NCBI RefSeq assembly: GCF_006345805.1
Contig: NC_043020.1
Location: 21,142,001-21,206,000, forward strand
DNA from: Octopus sinensis
Lineage: Eukaryota
Direction: 5' to 3'
DNA: 64,000 bases
The notes below the pieces were generated by a model. The model did not search any database. It worked only from the letters and a program-made list of their open reading frames with translations, and was not told where the DNA came from. The translations under genes were made by a program, and so were the position numbers. Of this stretch, positions 51,487-64,000 are shown in pieces (the first letter of the stretch is position 1; every line of letters starts with the position of its first letter).

Positions 51487-52713
51487 CAAGGGTTGGCTGA
51501 AAAGTCATAAGCTGACTGTGAAGGAGTGATGCTAGAGCTGTGAAATCTTGCATGCATTAATTTCACTCTCCTTTTTAATAGCATTGTTTCTTTCCAGGTA
51601 AATTGATATCTGACTGTTCAAAGACTTCAAAAGTATACACTAGCAACTTCTATTGAAAATTCAGACAAAATTTGGCATCGTGGTGTTATCAAATACCTGC
51701 AGAAAAGAGGTTTAGCTCCTAAGGTTATTCATGCTGACATAGTTGCCACATTAGGAGATGATGCTCCAGCTTTATCAACACTGCAAAAGTGGGCAGCTGG
51801 TTTTATAAGGGGAAGGGAGAGTCTTAAAGATGTTTAGATGTCCTGTAGCTGCCACCACTGAGGAAAACATTGTTCACCACATGCTGATGGATGACAGGTG
51901 ATGGACTATAAATCAAATAGCCAATGCTTTAGTATATCCCGTTAGAGAGTTGAGAATATTCTGCACAATGAATTTGGAATGTCATAGGATTTTGCTCAGT
52001 GGGTGCCACATCTTCTGACACCTGATCAAAAGTGCACCAGGTTGATCAGATGGCAAAATGTAACATTGTGTGACACAGATGCAGTTGGTTTCCTTGAACA
52101 GTTCCTAACCCAGGATGGGTGTTGGCTTCATCACTATGAGCCAGAGACATGCAGTGGAAACATCCTTTCTCACCTGCTCCAATGAAGGCTAAGGTTGTTT
52201 TATTTGCAGGGAAGGTGACAACCTCAGATTTTTAGGATACAATAAATATTGTGTTTATTGATTGTCTTCAAAAGGACCACTCCATCAATGGAGAGTACTA
52301 TGCTAACTTGCAGTTACAAAAGGCTGTCAAGAACAAATGCCCAGGAAAGGGGTTTTGTTTCATCAGGACAATGCTCCAACACACAAGTCATTGGTTTCAA
52401 TGACTGGTGTTTGTGTTTGTTGCTTTGCACTGGTTGCTTACCTTCCATATTCTCCTGATTTGACCCCATCTGACTATCATCTGTTTCCCAACATGAAAAA
52501 CCACTTGGATGGGAACCAGTGTCCTAGCAATGATGACATCATATCTTTTTTACCAACAGGATGAAAGCTTTTTCACCAACCGGATCCAAACACTGCAATA
52601 CCAATGGAAGGAGTCTGTGAACTGGAAGGGGGACTAGGTTGAAAAATAATCTCATTTGGTAATATTCTATGAGGATATCTTAGTCAACTTACAAACTTTT
52701 CAGCCACATACTC
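51487..52713 (+). mobile_element. Decayed full-length mariner
   Basis: Imperfect TIRs (GGCTGAAAAGT / ACTTTTCAGCC); WVPHLLT, TQDGCW, HQDNAPTH and YSPDLTPSDYHLF. Confidence 0.88.
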
Positions 52714-52879
52714 TCATGCAGACATGGTTTCCAATTGTTCATTGATACTGGCTCAAACAAGATGCAAGGTCAATATACTAAGCAAACTGATTCATTTTGC
52801 AAAAAATCTCCTTCAGTCCTCATTGCCAACTTGTGTATTACCTATCTATCTATCTATCTAACTGCAGTCATGGATCAAA

Positions 52880-54005
52880 AAGAGGCCGAGGAAGGGCGAA
52901 TGGCACCGCGAGTGTCGCGTTGCTCTCAAGCAACTCTGCCATCCCGGGTCGACCTTGAGTGACTTCAACACAACCAAAGCATTCTATAGGGGATTAGTGG
53001 AGGGGAGATACGACGACGATCTCGGGCCAAACCTGGGCGTCGACGAGGAATACCTGACCCATCTGTTTCAAACGACTTTCGGCCCGGGACCTATGGACAA
53101 CTTCCAGAGATCCCTGGCCTGGCGGTGCTACCGAGAAGCGCTACCCGTTCAGGATAAGCTCTATAGGCATGGCTCGAGAAACACAGGGCCGACCTGCCCG
53201 AGATGTGGGCAGAGCGACGAAACCGCTCTGCACGCAATCGTGCAGTGTCCAGCAATTTCCGACCTGTGGGCTTATGTCGAACGACTGCTGTCACATGTGG
53301 GACGTGTCGGTTTATCAGCCGAGTCTATCGTTAATATCGTCACGCCTCCTTCCTTCAAATGGGAAGGAAGAGCTATTTTTATCATACTTGTGGCTATGGC
53401 GAAAGAATGTATCTGGTGGACGTGCCTGAAAGGATTAGAGACAAACACTTTCCTCTCTGGTCAATCTCTCATCAACTTATTCAAGTATCACTTGAAGAGG
53501 AAAGTGAGAGTAGAGAGGCAAGTTTTGTCTAGTGAATGTTTTAAAAAAAGATGGGTGAATGTAGCAAGGATGGCACATATGAATGACGAAGCCACCTTGA
53601 CTATGATTCTATGAACCGTAAAAATTAATAGAGAGTTGCTTATTTGCAAAAAAAAAAAAAAAAAAAAGAAATATAACATGTGACTTCATTGACCGAGGTT
53701 ACCGTGGTCTTTTCCGTAGGCTTTTCTTTCCACGGGTAAACCTCACCTGTCCTCCCCTTTACACTTCATATTGACATTTCTGTGATTACGATCCCTATTG
53801 ATCAACTTTTTTTTTCCTCTCCCCTTTTCTTTTTTTTCCTCTCCCCCCCTTTTTTTTTTAAATCCTCCCCTTTTTTGTCCTCTTTCTTTCCTTTTACGAT
53901 CCCTTTTGATCGAAAACCAACCCCCTTTTTTTTTACCCCCAAAAGAAAAGCTCTACCTTGTAATTTGTTCTGTCTGTGTGCAGCCCTGTGTGGCTAATAA
54001 AGAAA
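52880..54005 (+). mobile_element. L1/Tx1-like LINE 3' fragment (zf-RVT region)
   Basis: ORF 52955-53614 reads ALPVQDKL...TCPRCGQSDETALHAIVQCP...LW, followed by a pyrimidine-rich 3' UTR and AATAAA at about 53996. Confidence 0.75.
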
Positions 54006-54120
54006 CATATCTACTTACTACCTAACTACCTACCTACCTACTTACCTCCCTACCTACATACCTACCTATCTATTTATCTCTCTCTCTCCCACTCTCACCC
54101 CTCTCTCGCTCTTTCTCTCC

Positions 54121-54187
<67 letters not shown>

Positions 54188-54199
54188 TATAAATAAATG

Positions 54200-54590
54200 A
54201 AAAATATGGCATCACTTTGTCTCCAACAATTCAGTGCGACACCAGTGCAGAATCACCTCCCTCCGACAAGTCATCCTAACGAGACATCTGCGTTGGCTGG
54301 GTCATGCCCTCCATTGTCAACCAGGAGAATTCATCTACGAAGCAATTGCCCCAGCTCCCCTTCAGGGTTGGCGAAAGCGATGTGGTGGACAACGAAAAAC
54401 CTGGCTGATGACAGTCAAGGCTGATCTGGAACTCAACCTAGGACCCCATATCTACAGTGTTCGCCGCTGGAATAAGGAGTGGTTGGAGATCACACGGTCG
54501 TTAGCCTCAAATTGTCAGGCCTGGTCGGCGTTTGTGAGAGATGCAACATTGAGGATGAATGAAGCCAGCTCAACCCACCCCAGGTGAATG
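54200..54590 (+). mobile_element. RTE LINE 3' fragment
   Basis: RHLRWLGHAL...GGQRKTWL..VKADL, ending near a short (AAG)n. Confidence 0.7.
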
Positions 54591-55379
54591 CTGTAAGAAG
54601 AAGAAGAAGAAATGAAAAATATATGGTAAATAAACAAATGACATAACGTATACTGAATGGAAAAACAAACAGGAGACAAACAGAAGGTCCATAATTCTTC
54701 ATCAGTTATCGACCAATTGGTAATATTCAGTTTCGCACCTTTAACGATAAGTTTGAACATTCAAACTTCAAGTTTATTTCCAGTTAGTATAATGGTCCAA
54801 CACGTGTTTCAATCACACCAATTGCATATTGTTGCATATTCATATGCAGTGATTTGTGCATTATATATGATATTGTTTGAAGAGGAATTTTCCTCCTCAG
54901 TTAGTTCGAATTAGACTTGGTGGTGGTGGCAGCAGCAGCAGCAGCAGTAGCAGTAGCAGTAGTAGTAGTAGTAAATGCTGAACATTCCACAATGGGATGT
55001 TTGGGTGAAATTCAGTAGCATCAGCAGCAGTGATTGTTGAGGCCAGCAATTGTTCTTGGCTAGTGGTTAATTATAGAATACTTTTTTTTTTAATAATTCT
55101 ACATACTTTAGAATCACAAGGCATATTGATGGATTTCAGAGTTCATTATATTATTTGAATTTTGTGAAGGTTATTAATAATAGTAATGGATAATTTCTAA
55201 TCAGTAAGAATCATGTGGTTATTAAAAGGAAGTAGTCAGTTGCATTTTATACATTTTTAACTTATTACTTTTTACTTTTATTGTTTTTAAGTGTTTTATA
55301 TAAATTATATATAAAAGGTTTATGGATATTATATAAATCAATTCATTCTGTTATTTAAATTTTTTTAAGAAGAAAACGT

Positions 55380-55755
55380 TGTTTGTGTAAGCAATTAAAA
55401 CTTCTTTCTTGTCTAGTGTTAACTAATTTATTTTTCAAAGTAAATATTTGGTATAATTCCTCCATAAGTTGCATTGTTCATCCCCAGTCTTATAAGGTTT
55501 TGCAGTACTAATAATTTCCCATTTTAATGAATATTTAAGATTTTCATTCTCCAGCGACCATGTGAGTTTACTAAGACCTGTTGAAAATTTTCTAGTATTA
55601 TTTCTATGCAAACTTTCATGAATTGCTATTCTTTGTTTTATAAAGCATGAGCTAGCACCTATGTGGTAATGTTTATTTTTATCAGTTATGACTACACATC
55701 TATAGACAATATTTTTTTTTTTAATTTGCATTGCGTTCTCCTTGTACAATCGCAT
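55380..55755 (-). mobile_element. PLE GIY-YIG relic
   Basis: NIVYRC...HYHIGASS...KQRIAIH...STGLSKLTWSL...KPY...CNL. Confidence 0.75.
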
Positions 55756-56034
55756 TTTCTAATGTATAGAGTTATCTACATTTTTGTTATTAGATTTAAT
55801 AATATTTTTGTTTGCTTTATGTTTTAGCTGATTATCTTATTATTGTTTTCATAACAGTCACTACTTTTTCTAGTTACCATATGTGTTTGTCTATTAGCTA
55901 TAGAATCTATAGCATAATAGCCTGGAACAATTACTGACCTCAACATTCACTGATGCTGGTGCTACTGAATTTCACCCAAAACAAACAGTTAAGAAAAACA
56001 TCTCATTGTGGAATGTTCAGAATTTACTACTTCT

Positions 56035-58500
56035 ACACTGGCCCCTATTGCATGTACAATCATTTCTTTCACCTGATTGTTGTTCTTGGGGTTTTGGGTG
56101 CGTGTGGTCCAGCAATTCAAGCACTCTGTGGTGCTTTTCTTCACAGCTGAAGTGATGGTGGGTGGGCTTCCTCACTGTGACCTGGTGGTGCAGAATCTAC
56201 TAAGGTCATGGTTATCTAAATAGTCACTGTTGTAGCTTAGTCTGAGGAGGAGGCCCAGTTCCCTTGTATTGACCTTATGGAACTCCACTTCAGGTAAAAT
56301 TACCTGAATGCATTCCTCCACAGCAAAATCTAAGTCTATAGATGGGTAGAGTGAAATTACACCCATACTACCCACTACACAACCTGTGAGTTTGTTGGAG
56401 TGGTTGCAAGTACTGATTTTACTGAGGAGATCTTTCGTGCTCACACAGACATCCAGAGACATCTCTATGAGAGGTCATAATACCTGTGAGAGGAAGTAGG
56501 ACAGTCTATAGTTGCTGGAGATATTTGCTTTGTAAACTGGTCTGGTTGGGGGCCCCATGACAAGGTTTATGTAGGGTTTGTGGTCTTTGCGTAACCCGTA
56601 TAGTGCAGGAACATCATTTTGGATGCTTGGAAATTGTTTGCCACCCTTTTCATAGGTTGGAGTATGTTGCACCACATTCCCATGTGTGCATTGAGGAATT
56701 TTTCTACTCTTTCATGTTCCTGTGCTTGCAGCTTCTGTCATGCTACTGATGTGTTGTTGCATGGTCTGGACATAGTTATGTGGGCTGTCTATTGACAGTC
56801 TGCCAGATTTGTCCATAGAGAGGCACACTAATTCTCTATTCCTAATTCACTGTTTCAGTTTTTGTAGGCCTTTGTCAACAGATGGACTGAGTTGGTGGGT
56901 CCCCTCCTCACTATGCTTTTTAGTGGATTTGTTGTATCGGTCTAAGACATGTTGGAGTCTGTTTCTAGCTAAGGAGATCTTTGCTTCTGTTTCACTGTCA
57001 ATTTGGAGTGGGATACAGTGACTATTTAGATGACCATGACCTCAGTAGATTCTGACCCACCAGGTCACAGAGGGGAAGACCACCCACCATCACTTCAGCA
57101 GTGAAGAAAAACACCACAGAATGCTTGAGTGGCTGGACCGCACCCACCCAAAAACCTTAGAACAACAATCAGGTAAAAGAAATGAGTGTGCATGCAATAG
57201 GGGTCAGTGTAAAAACCACCTTGAAGAACCACATAGTAAAGTTTAACCAAAAACTATACAGGCAGGTTTATGGTGCAGCCATCGGTGTCAATGTAGCAGG
57301 AGATGTGGCCGGCCTCTTCATGACCTGGTGGGACAGAAAACTTAAGTAAATGTTAGCAGAACCGTCCACAACTCTTCTACTCTACAGTAGATATGCAGAT
57401 GACATTAATGTCATAATTAGGACCAACTCTAATAATGGTAGTGTAGAAACTGAGAGGAACATAATGGAGAGCATCCAGTGAGTAGCTAACTCCATCCACC
57501 AAAGTATCAAGGTAGCTATGGATTACCCCACTAAGCACCCCAACAATAGACTCCCCGTACTTGATACTGAACTTTGGTTAGAGACTGTGAACAACAGAGT
57601 GCAGCTCCTCCACTCCTATTACATGAAACCCATAGTTTCAAAATATATTGTTCACAAGAACTCAGCTCTGTAATGCAACATGAAAATTAACATACTAATA
57701 GCAGACTTAGTAGGATAATGAACAATGTGTCCCCACTATGCAAACCCTATGAAACGAAAAAACATATACAGAACTTCATACACTGCATGCAGTTCTCTGG
57801 ATATGATCAGAATGATAGGTTTTGAGTATATAGGGGTGCTAGAAAGAAATTACATAACATTATACATAATGATACCAGTGGTACCTGCCCTAGATATAGA
57901 AACAAAGACTAGAATATGATACAAAGAACTTGTGACAAAGCAAACAGGGCGAACACGTGGTATAAAACCGACAATTATCAAGGAGTGATGTTTGCAGAGG
58001 CCACAGCCCATGGAGAACTAGCCTGTAGATTTAGAAAAGCTCTGAAGGAGACCAAACTCAACATTAAGTTTGTTGAAAAGCCAGGGAACTCCGTCAGATC
58101 ACAACTATGTAGAACGTACCCATTTGAGAATACCATATCCACCAATGATAACTGCATGGTATGTAGGATTAGCCCTGGCATTAACTGTAGAACTAGAAAT
58201 GTAGTTTACAGCATAAGATGCACAGAAGGTGCTTGTAAAGGCATGAACAGGACATACATAGGGGAGACATCTAGGAGCATTGTGGAATGACTAAATGAAC
58301 ATTTGAGACAATATGACAACAAAAAAACAGTCCTCCATACTCTACCAACATGCCAAGGAACAACAAGGAGGTAACCTGGGTCAACATGACACCCGTATCT
58401 TATCCAAGCACCCCTAAGACCCAACACTCAGACAAATATGGGAGTACGTCCTCATAAATGAAACATCCCCAATACTAAATAGGAAATATACATAGTAGAT
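56035..58500. mobile_element. Decayed PLE with an inverted 5' half (RT N-part on -, RT C-part + GIY-YIG on +)
   Basis: PALYGLRKDHK and SLYPSID on -; GAAIG, YSRYADD, LPVLD and VYSIRC...YIGETSRS on +. 56035-56230 is inverted to 57016-57211. Confidence 0.85.
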
Positions 58501-59799
58501 ATCATACCCCTATACCCACAGTTTACACAGGTAGAGTAGAATAGTTAGTGGGCTGTTATGTAGATAGATGTATGTATGTGTGTGGGTGTATATATGTATA
58601 TGCACGTGTATGTAAGCATATGGGTATGAAAGTAAACAGATCAACATACAGATGGATAGGTACATAGGTTATATGAACAGACAAACACACATGCGCAAAT
58701 GAAGACTGAAACACATGACCATATATATACACACACACTTTACTTCACACAAGGACACATATGGAGACACACGTCTACACATATGGAGATGCACATCCAC
58801 ACATACAAACACAGCACATAGTTGCAAAGCACACATGCACACACACTCAGACATGCGCACGCAAGGAGACAAAGGTACACACATACATATACAAACACAC
58901 ACATACATAAAAACACACAAACACAGACACACAAGCACACCAATATGTAGAATACATAGACAATATATACACATATACATATGCACACACACATACATTA
59001 CACACACATGCATACATACATACATGCATGCATGTATAGACACACACACACACACGGACTTCCACACATGTGCACAAACAAACAAAAAGGAATGCAGTGT
59101 GAATAACGGACAGAGTCAAAACTATTGAAAAGATTACAAAATGCAACGAAAATTTTAGAAAAATAAAAATTAAGTGGAAATTTTACCAGTGAGTGTGTTA
59201 AATTATAAAGCACTAAAAGAGAATGAATCTCTCCAGACACAACAGCTTATCCTTATCTTCATTTGTTTAAAAACATTTGTGAACAACATGGGCAAAAATG
59301 GCTGCTTCAAGCTCATGCTTTTGATTTTCTTTCTGGTTTCCATGATAATATTATTATAAACATCTTAAACTCCATACATCCAAGGTGGTATCAAAAAGTT
59401 CCCATACTAGTTCTGTAGCACACCAACAGATGGCAGCACATGGATGCATGCACAGTGAGAGCAGCTAGCAGTGATCCTCATGATCATCACTGTGTTTACT
59501 TTGCAAGTTGTGAAATTTGTGTTCTTGTGATCATGTGTATGCTGTAGTCTGCAATTTTTCTCATGGACAGGAAGTTGGAACAAAGAGTCAATATGAAATT
59601 TGAGGCACACCCACATACATATACATATATATACATACATGAGTGTGGTGTGTGTGTGTGTGTGTGTGTATGCATGGATGACGTCAGTATTATGGCATTT
59701 AAAGTGAAGTGAATTGTATGATTTGCATAATTGTTGTTAGAGCTGATTGCATGCAGCCACACATTTACCTATTACATGTTTGTTTACATTTTCTCTCAG

Positions 59800-59943
59800 G
59801 AATCATTGGTGGATTCTTGTGCAACAAAATTGGTGCTAGGAAAACCATAGCAATGGGAAGCATCCTGTCTTTCAGTGGAGCCTTTGCTAGTTATTTCGCA
59901 GAGAGCATACTCACATTAATGTTTACGCTTGGTGTTTTTGTTG
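59800..59943 (+). CDS. Next coding exon (144 nt) of the SLC16/MCT-like MFS transporter (TM3-TM4, motif A)
   Basis: ttttctctCAG acceptor (59797-59799) and GTAAGT donor (59944), phase 1 on both sides. It joins in frame to 37548 (G|GA = Gly) and encodes IIGGFLCNKIGARKTIAMGSILSFSGAFASYFAESILTLMFTLGVFVG, with MFS motif A (GFLCNKIGAR). Confidence 0.85.
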
Positions 59944-60441
59944 GTAAGTAAACATTTACACTAAATTTTCCATGTGGGCCTATTTATCAGTTTTAGAATT
60001 GAATATGTAACTAGCTAATTAGAGTAGATTAGGTTTGGTTTACAGACAATAGTAGATTGCATACTGTGAGATGTATTGGAAGCATGATGGCTATTGCTTA
60101 TAATGGCAATGATGATAATGATGATGACTATAACAATAGCAGAAAGACATTGTAATTTGTTTGAAGGCAAAGAGCTTTGCACACAATACTAAATAAAGAG
60201 TTAATAATATATTGTTAATTGCTATTTCATTTTTATAATAATGATAATAACAACAACAATGATGATGACAATGATGACAGCAGTGATGATGCTGATGACA
60301 ACAATGATGATGATAATGGTACAGCTCTCATCATATGCAATAATAGTGGAACAGCCCACATCCTAATCAAGATATTATCAATTCAATAGTACAATCCAAA
60401 TACAACAACCCACAAAAACAAGACATACTCTATACAATCAA

Positions 60442-62402
60442 TCTTAATATATAAAATACCCTCTGTGTGTATGTGTGTGTGTGTCCTCTATACATGCTCA
60501 AACCTCAGGATCAATCTGTACCATACTTGGGAAACATGAATAATTTGACCTTAGAAAGAATAATAGAGTCTTGATTTATTTTCTTTTTTTAATTAAAAGT
60601 AAATAATATTGCTCTATATATAAATATTCCCTTCTTCAAATCATTTTCTCAACTTCCTGTGTTTGAACTGCCTGTCTTTGGCGTCCTGACCAGCTATTTA
60701 CACACACACATATTTATACTTTATTACAGTTGTGATGATTTCTGAAAAAAAAAAAGAATTTCTAAAGGTACTTTCGTGTCAGAAAAAACATTTCATACGG
60801 AGATAGACACCTTTTTCTCAATCAATTAAATGAGGTACTGTATATTGTACAATTTTGTTTTCAGGTAATAATGTCAACATTAACCACAAATTTTTTTCAC
60901 TCTAAGTAAATTCCCAGATAAACAGTTCTAATAGAAAGGCAGGAGACATCAGAAGCAAAAATAAGGAATATACGTGCACAGTTAAATATAGAAGTGTAAA
61001 GTATAATTTTTAACATAATCTCTATAATAAACATGACATTGAATGGAATAATTCCCCATTTGAACTTTTTCATTATATATATATGTATGTGTGTGTGAGG
61101 ATACTGAGAATAAGCATTTTTTTTCTACAGATTCCAACCTTATCTTCAACAGAGATTCTGAATATGCAAAAAGATCTACTTTTAGACTTTTTAATACACC
61201 CACTCCTTAACTTTTCAATCTTCTTCCCGAAATTTTACAACTAGTTTTAAAGGTTATATACAAATGCACAAAACGAAGAAACTGAAATAAATATGGATGA
61301 CTTGTTCTGCTCCCCACCGCCAGTGGGGAACAGTTTGCAAAAATAACCTCCAATTGTTTACCCCAAAAATCCTACATGCCTAGTCTGAGGTATATTTGTA
61401 GACAATTTCATTAAAACATATCCATTTTCCTGGAAGACAAGATGAATTGAAGAGGACACTGGTGAATTTTCCGAAAATCCTCCCCACCTGCTCCTAAAAC
61501 ACTTTCCCCCAAAAATTTTGTATATTCGAAATCTACATAATATAACACATATTCGTAGAAAATTTCATTAAAAAATATCCATTTTTCTGAAAGTTATCAT
61601 CATCCAAAGTCGGATGGGGGCAGAAAGCCTGTGGTGAGATGGTACCAACTGTTAATGATCTCATAATGCATTTAATCCCAAACATAGCACAAAATTTTAG
61701 CAACAGTCAATGGCTTTGTTTTTCATCCTTTCGGCGTTGATAAATTAAGTACCAGTTGCGTACTGGGATCAATCTAATCGACTGGTCCCCTCCCCAAAAG
61801 TTTCAGGCCTTGTGCCTAAAGTGGAACAGGATTTATACACCAATTAAAAGACACACTCAAAACATCAGATATTTAGAAGCTCTAGATAATTAAACTGTGA
61901 CTGATTTCCGGATTTGTTTCAATACATTTCTTTATACTCATGTCAGCTGATAGAATTTTTGTTAAATGTACTTATTAACATGATTGGGAGCACCCACAGG
62001 CCGGTTCCTCTCAAATTTATGCATTTTCAGGTTCAACATGTTTCAAATAAGTACTGACAATTGAAAGTGATTTCAGTGACAAAGAACTACCTGGTTTTTA
62101 ACAATTTTAACAGTGAGAACATTGGATAAAACATATTGTTGACATTAATAGTTTGTACTTCAGCTAATTACTATTGAGAACTGCATAATCCATGTTTCAT
62201 TTTACTTATAGATTTAAAAGGCATACTTAAATTTCATTATTTTCAATAACCTGGGAAAGGCCGGGTTATTAACGTATAAAGTTGGTATCTCAGCTACTAG
62301 GAAGTAAGACCTGAATAATCTATATTTCATGTAAGAGATCTAAAAGGCATTTTTAAATTTGATTATTTTCTTTAACCCAGCAACACCAGATATTTCTGCT
62401 AG
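60442..62402 (+). mobile_element. Probable non-autonomous Helitron
   Basis: 5' A|TCTTAATATATAAAA followed by (TG)n. The 3' end is a degenerate hairpin CCCAGCAACACCAG followed by CTAG|T. Confidence 0.55.
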
Positions 62403-62697
62403 TATCCAATAAAGTAAATAACCACCACAACATGTACTTTACAGACCAGATACCAACCAGAACAAATCGCATTACACACACAACACATAATACAAACACT
62501 AATATAACAAAAGACTGCAACCATAACAAAGCAAACGTATGCATTACAATACCCAGAAAGAGTTTGCAATCCCCTAACAACAAAAAAGAGCACACAATGT
62601 TGCACACATCTCAGCAACATGGAAGTGTCGGAGGTGACACAGAAGAAATCTGCTTGAAACAATCAACTGTCAGATAATAAAAATAATATTAATAATT

Positions 62698-63090
62698 ATG
62701 AGCATCAAAATGCATTTGCTTTCTAGTTGTCTTGATCATTTTCTTGAAAATCTTGGAGATGTTAGCAATGAACAAGGTGAACGATTCCAGTGGGACATCA
62801 AGGAGATGGAAACTCAGTACCAAGGACGTTGGAATGCCATAATGATGGCAGACTATTGCTGGTGTTTAAAACGAGATACTCTTGTTGCTCAACATTCACG
62901 GTGCACAAAGAAGCTTAAATTTATTCCTTAAATTTTCTGCCAAAAATCTTTGCCAACATCATTTTCAATTTTGAATTTTTATTTGTTCTTTGTTTTATTT
63001 TTCTAGTTAGAAAACTAGACCTGAGAGAAAATCTGTAGTTATTTTTGAGTTTAGCAGGCAAATCAGGAGGGGCAAATCTTTTAGGGATTT
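62698..63090 (+). mobile_element. Second Chapaev3-like 3' fragment
   Basis: MSIKMH...NLGDVSNEQGERF...MMADYCWCLK; near copy of 24107-24530. Confidence 0.75.
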
Positions 63091-63099
63091 GGGGGGGGG

Positions 63100-64000
63100 G
63101 GTCTGTTGATAAACTTGTTGTTTTGGGGGATTCTGATACTGTTGTTTTTGCTACTGTCGATGTTGGTAGTTCCTCTGCTGTTGTTCTAGTTGTTGCTGCT
63201 ATTGCTGTTGGTACTTCTGTGATTGTAGTTGCTGCTACTACTGTTACTGTTGATTTTGTAGCTGTAGTAGTCACCTATTTTTGTTGGCCTGTTATCATTG
63301 TTGCTGTAGTGGTGGTAGTGGTGTCAGCAAAATTGGGGAACTCATTTCTCTCTTTTGTTGTGAGCAGAAAGCCTTGAAGTAGTTTGTTTCCTGGACAGGT
63401 GACATCTTGGCTTTCTGCCCTCAACAGTCATGTGAAGCTTTGTGCCATCTTGTAGGCTTATGTAGACTGGGATAGCTTCAACACTTTCCTACGCAGCTTG
63501 TATTAGTACCTGCATCTCCTGTCCTAACCAGTTTTGCTTGTGTGTCTTCTGTATTTGCAGAATCATGGTTTTCTCTTCTATGTCAAGGAGAATTGCAGCT
63601 ACTAACCAGCAGATGTTTATCCCTGGAGGGGATGTTAAATATTCTAATTCTGAATACTCATTGACCAAGGTAGATGGGGATGAGAATGAGTTTGTTACTC
63701 ATTAAGGTAGCTGTCAAATTATTTTTAGCCTTCTCCTCTGAGACAAATCTCACCTTGACAGTCCTATATTTCTTCCCCCTGGCTACATAAGTTTGCTTTT
63801 TCAAACTGGTTTTAAGCATTTCTCTATTTGCTTCTGTGTTGCCTGCTCTAATTTCCTACTTTTGTCTTCAATTGTAAAACTGTCAATATGTAAAACTGTC
63901 TGCAAATTAAGTTCTTGTTGGACAGTTCTAGGAATGTTTAATGTCACATTTTTCTCATATTTCTCCAACATGCATTTCACACACTTGAATTCATTTTTGT
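63100..64000 (-). mobile_element. Possible L1/Tx1 ORF1 relic with a Thr-rich tail
   Basis: Broken frames containing YRTVKVRF and TVEGRKPRCHL (zinc-knuckle-like), followed by Thr/Ala-rich sequence. Confidence 0.35.

Noticed and set aside
60859-60870. Possible next transporter exon after TTTCAG (also 63550-63560)
   Set aside because: No MFS-like reading frame follows, and both sites lie in repeats.
62921-63377. Mucin-like Thr-rich ORF and its hydrophobic antisense ORF
   Set aside because: It is low-complexity sequence spanning a junction between transposon relics, with no splice support.

Overview
This is AT-rich eukaryotic DNA dense in microsatellites. The SINE, RTE and Penelope repertoire looks like an octopus (cephalopod) genome; that is an inference. 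Almost all ORFs in the track are artefacts of (TA)n/(TG)n repeats or transposon relics. The only host gene I can support is two phase-compatible + strand exons (37313-37548 and 59800-59943) of an SLC16/MCT-like MFS transporter, separated by a 22,251-nt intron. The rest is a mosaic of RTE LINEs, an R4/Dong-like RLE LINE, L1/Tx1 relics, Penelope-like elements (PLEs), mariners, Chapaev3-like relics, hAT and piggyBac MITEs, Helitron pieces and tRNA-derived SINEs. The most notable signal is RNA-structural. About 12 type I hammerhead ribozyme motifs from about 5 sequence families, most with a palindromic stem III, sit in short PLE-type elements, mostly fold-back and mostly inserted in (TA)n tracts. 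These include a three-level nested set of inverted repeats (1-4090), a zero-spacer palindrome carrying two mirror-image hammerheads (41897-42226) and a cluster of 8 hammerheads in 7 kb of the transporter intron. Two HDV-like ribozyme folds sit at RTE 5' ends. All folds were read by eye and none has been tested.
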